DNA of 64,000 nt, from positions 107,632,001-107,696,000 of the forward strand of contig OX597817.1 of NCBI GenBank assembly GCA_951406725.2, written 5' to 3'. Under the pieces are notes generated by a model. The model worked only from the letters and a program-made list of their open reading frames with translations. It was not told the DNA's origin and ran no database searches. Numbering within the stretch: position 1 is the first letter of the stretch; the number at the start of each line of letters is the position of its first letter. The stretch is from Octopus vulgaris. Its lineage: Eukaryota. Of the stretch, positions 63,030-64,000 are shown piece by piece. The position numbers were made by a program, and so were the translations under genes.

Positions 63030-64000
63030 CACTGAAGTAGTGGTCAACAAAGCAGATATGTTTTCCAACAGTAGCAACAGTAACAAAAAGACACACACAG
63101 AAATATGTTGGAACCTGTGGGCCATAGGTTAGAATGTGATGGTGAATGACTTCATGCTAGTCAGTTGAAGGTCCTTTGTTTGGATGAAGTGTAGGATGTC
63201 TGTGTATGTAGCAGTTGAAGTACTGTGCCAGATGTGGAATCAATACTTCAGTTAGGGTCTTTCTGAAACTTTGTAGCAGATTATTAGTAACTGGGAGAGG
63301 GTGGAATTATTTTATTAGTCTGAAGAGAAAAAACTTGTCTTTCTCACACAGTTTTGGCTATGTTGACAAAATATGTTTGACAGGAGAGATCCTTAGTGAT
63401 GGTGAGGGCTTAGCATTTTCAGTGAGTGACTTTGAGGCTTCTAGTTGCATGCTGTTCATGTTCAGTGAGAGTAATAATGTTTTCTTGATAGGTGTAATGA
63501 CTGTGTTTCAGTTGTTGAAGATGTGACTTGATATGACCTCAATTAGATAATGGAATCAGTGCAGATTTGTTATTAGGTGTCTAGGTTGCATACAAATGAC
63601 ATTTGGGTGTGGAAGCTTAGGGAGAATGAAGGGTAGTATCATCTGCATGGGACTCAGTGTCATAGAAAATGGTGACAAAAAGTTTCTGGAGGAAGAGTGT
63701 GGAATACGCAACCAAACAAAGGAACAATTCAGTGTTGATAGAATGTGGGTAAGAGAGAGTGCCATCAGCACTTGATCTGATAAGAAGACACCTACTTTAA
63801 AGATTTGGGGTGAATGGAACTCGTAGATGGGATGCTTAAGGATAGGAGCTAATATAGGGTTTTGAAAGGCACTCATAGGTCAGAAGGTGGTGTTAAACTG
63901 ATAGGTATGATATGTCCTTTCTCATCACATAAAAAAGGATGTTCATCAACAAAGCATCTTGAGATCAGCATACCTCACTTTTTCCTATGTTTTCTTATAT
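63030..64000 (-). pseudogene. Jockey/CR1-group LINE RT relic
   Basis: Minus strand reads DGTLSYPHSIN...STLFL...ESHADDTTLH (YADD motif, ~63630-63660) and, downstream, a decayed 'LEY.SHIW'-type segment. Confidence 0.65.

Overview
AT-rich animal DNA, almost entirely non-coding and probably intronic. The repeat families look like those of an octopus (coleoid cephalopod); that assignment is from recognition, not from a search. There is no intact host CDS: nearly all ORF-track entries are microsatellite or SINE read-throughs. The window is a mosaic of at least three tRNA-derived SINE families, 3'-tail copies of an RTE LINE, one young 5'-truncated RTE (35.2-36.8 kb), decayed RTE, HERO-like, R4/Dong-like and Jockey/CR1-like LINE pieces, mariner relics, hAT and piggyBac-type MITEs, Helentron-type elements and many microsatellites. 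Most notable: (1) several small Penelope-like (PLE) elements with minimal hammerhead-ribozyme motifs, including a tRNA-headed, hammerhead-tailed, SINE-like element and a perfect 91-bp inverted repeat with an intact core; (2) a tandem array of structured ~63-nt modules (fixed stem, variable loop, predicted H-type pseudoknot) in the RTE 3' UTR; (3) a ~2.2-kb CpG-retaining island in otherwise CpG-depleted DNA; (4) one well-defined 125-nt plus-strand exon candidate. Boundaries of old repeats are approximate, and all RNA structures were predicted by eye.
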